64,000 bases of DNA from Mustelus asterias. Lineage: Eukaryota. Both the position numbers and the translations under genes were made by a program. Under the pieces are notes generated by a model. The model searched no databases, had not been told where the DNA came from, and was given only the letters and a program-made list of their open reading frames with translations. Every line of letters begins with the position of its first letter. The stretch's first letter is position 1. Shown piece by piece: positions 61,578 to 64,000 of the stretch. Location of the stretch: assembly GCF_964213995.1 (NCBI RefSeq), contig NC_135830.1:15996001-16060000 (forward strand), read 5' to 3'.

Positions 61578-62044
61578 GGTTTCGGACTGGATCCGCTCTA
61601 TCTCTGTATCAGTGTGTGCTCCATCGCACGGAAATACACGGCAGTATCCGACAGAAGAGCCCCGCGAGATGTAAAGGAACTGTTTCATTTCCCTTCTGCA
61701 AATCTGCAGAAAACCTTCGTTTGGGGAACTTTCGTAACCCCCTAAGCTATATTTCTTCAGGAAATATCTCGGAGCTTCCCCGGAATACTGCATGTACCAG
61801 AGTAGAGTGGGGGTAGTGCAGGTTATCAAGTAACTGCAGTCCAGTCCACACTGTCCTTCCCGAATTGTTAATTGGAAATGAACCTGGAACACTGAAGTTT
61901 TGCCACTCATTCCTGTCACACAAATACAGATTGGCTCAAAAGTTAGGGTTTCAAAATAACCACTGGATGACATGGTTACTATTTAATAATGGACCCGCCG
62001 GGCAGCAAGATCATTATAATCAGTAAGGAGCATGGAGAACACAT
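61578..62044 (-). pseudogene. Inverted TCR V pseudogene (leader ~62044-61999, V exon 61912-61617) with a degenerate 23-RSS
   Basis: LTIREGQCGLDCSY..LLWYMQYSGEAPRYFLK, frameshifted in FR3, with DTAVYF(C to R)AME. RSS is CACACTG-23-TCCGAAACC. Confidence 0.8.
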
Positions 62045-62967
62045 GGTTTCCGGGTATACATCTCGATGCAAAGTAACAAAATGCTCTAATTCTGCCGATG
62101 ATTCCAATCCAGTGTAAAGGGTAGCCCCTGTTATAATCTGGGTTTATTTTTTGAGAAACTGAGGGGCATTTCCCAGAGACAGGATTGGCTACTCTGCCGG
62201 AACTGATGGATATTCCCCGCCAATAAATGAGAGCTGTAAAGAATCGCATTTTCTGGTTCCTTCTGTGTCTCATGTGACTTTCATCATAACTCTGTCTCAT
62301 TGCTTCCGTCTCTCTGTTATACCAACCTCTCATTTTTTGTAAACCTCCTTATCGCTATCAAATGACTGGAAATTAATTCAAATAATTCAAGGGGTGACAA
62401 CTGATTTTGACAAACTCGACAAACAAAGCTACCCGAAACCACCAGCGGGTGGCGTGATTTACCGTAATTGCGGAGTTTTCACATTGCTACCTGACAATCA
62501 ATGTGTCCTTTCTATTTGTCTCATTTAATGAAACCGTCATTACCAGAGACCATGTGAATGGCAGTGTAAATAAGAAACAGCTAAAGTTAACGACATAAAC
62601 TTAAGATCACATGTGTTCTCCGCTCTTGGATTGTTTGGAAATGGATAATGTTCACCAGATTTAAGCAGTGATCCTTCCTTGTTGATCAGCCCCACTACTC
62701 GCCATCAGCAATTGCTGAAGCGATTCATTCCGCTGCTGTCTGCACCCGGGCAAAGACGGTGAAAGCAAAAGTAGTGGAGCAGACCATGGCTGTATTTCGC
62801 GTTTTATTGACAGTCATCCAATGGAGCAGCACCACCTTATCCTCACTGCTCACATCCGCACAGCGAAGTGTGTAAACCACCAAGGGAATCCTGCAAATCC
62901 ATAATATTTGCAGATCGTGCGATGGGCCATTCACCCCATCGTGCGTGCTTGGCTGTCATTAATTGGT

Positions 62968-63283
62968 ACAGTGGTGTCACAGTGGTTAGCACTGCTGCCT
63001 CATAATTCCAGGGATCCGGGTTCAGTTCCAGGCTACGTGGAGTTTGCAGATGCTCCCAGTGTCTGTGTGGGGTGCCCCTTTTCCTCCGACAGTTCAATGA
63101 TGTGCAGGTTAGATGCGTTCAGCATTCCAACTTGTCAAATATTTGTGGGTTAGAATAAATCGCCACGATAAATCTGTGGGGTTACGGTGATGGAGCAGGA
63201 GAGGACCAGGAAAATATGCTCTGTCGGAGAGTCACTGCAGACTCGAGGAGCCTGATGGCCTCCTTTTGCACTGTATGGATTCG
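62968..63283 (+). mobile_element. HE1-like SINE (older)
   Basis: CAGTGGTTAGCACTGCTGCCTCA head and a degenerate tail. Confidence 0.75.
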
Positions 63284-64000
63284 AAGACAATTATTGATCT
63301 TTTCATCAACTGCATTCCCTAAACTCCATATTCCTTATGCAAACGTAATTGGAGCAGCGCTGGTAAGCTTACTTCCAGCAATGTAGCTCAAACAGACATG
63401 AGAGTTTCTTTATTGAATTTTCAGTCATCTACCGGAATCACTCAAACATTCTGGTTCACTGTGTACCATTCAGGATACCTGTCACTGTATCAAGTGGTTA
63501 GCTGTTTTCCGTCAAACACTTACTCATCTCGAACCTCTTAATGAGGAAGTATGATCTGTATTGCTGAACGTTCCCCTCCAGTTATTTCTCGGATCTGATC
63601 TGCTTTCTTCCCGACTACAGGATACAATAGCAAATCTTCCCTTGTTGGTGTTTCTTCCAACATTTCGGATTATACAAGCATCTAAAATCAATCGTAGGAG
63701 CTATTCGGTTACCTCCTTTACCGACTTCTTGCATAGAATTAATACGAGACAATATAAATCTCCATTACTATTGTTGCATAATTTGTCTGCATATTTCTTC
63801 CACTATCTTCCTTCCCGGTGCAGAGACATGGTGAGGGACACAATAAGTTCAGAGATAGGGTTGTCGAGGTGAAGAGCTATAGAGTGACACGAAGATGTAC
63901 AGATTCCGAAAGATACTGAGAAAGAAACTCCTGATATTGAGTTTGATGTAACGGTTAAAATGCACTCAGTGTAAACGTTTGCATCCCATCTTCTGATTCT

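Noticed and set aside
62700-64000. Possible further exons or Ig-like relics on the minus strand (donor-like GTAAGT at ~63523)
   Set aside because: Multiple stops and no recognisable domain core or RSS; cannot be supported without a search.

Overview
Repeat-rich vertebrate genomic DNA, very probably from a shark (inferred from HE1-type V-SINEs, abundant CR1 LINEs, Rex1/Babar-like LINEs, Penelope-like remnants and shark-type TCR V genes). The left ~48 kb is a cluster of KRAB-less tandem C2H2 zinc-finger genes (two intact, two frameshifted, plus relics). Mixed in are a full-length divergent 7SL (SRP) RNA gene with a truncated tandem copy, two decayed tRNA-Val(AAC) copies and a 3'-truncated, frameshifted EMC4 duplicate. 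The right ~10 kb is the edge of a T-cell receptor alpha/delta-type V cluster: two intact L-V-23RSS segments, an inverted V pseudogene and V relics, flanked by CTCF-like motifs. The most striking unexplained structure is a ~2.85-kb array (40298-43144) of about 51 copies of a 56-bp unit. Each unit is a canonical RSS heptamer CACAGTG, a 12-bp spacer and a nonamer-like GCAGAAATC. The array sits directly behind a CTCF-like site and ~12 kb from 23-RSS V segments. Also notable are Penelope-derived, TSD-flanked fold-back mini-elements carrying minimal hammerhead ribozymes with covarying stem I. All calls were made by eye; repeat boundaries are approximate (about +/-10-20 bp).
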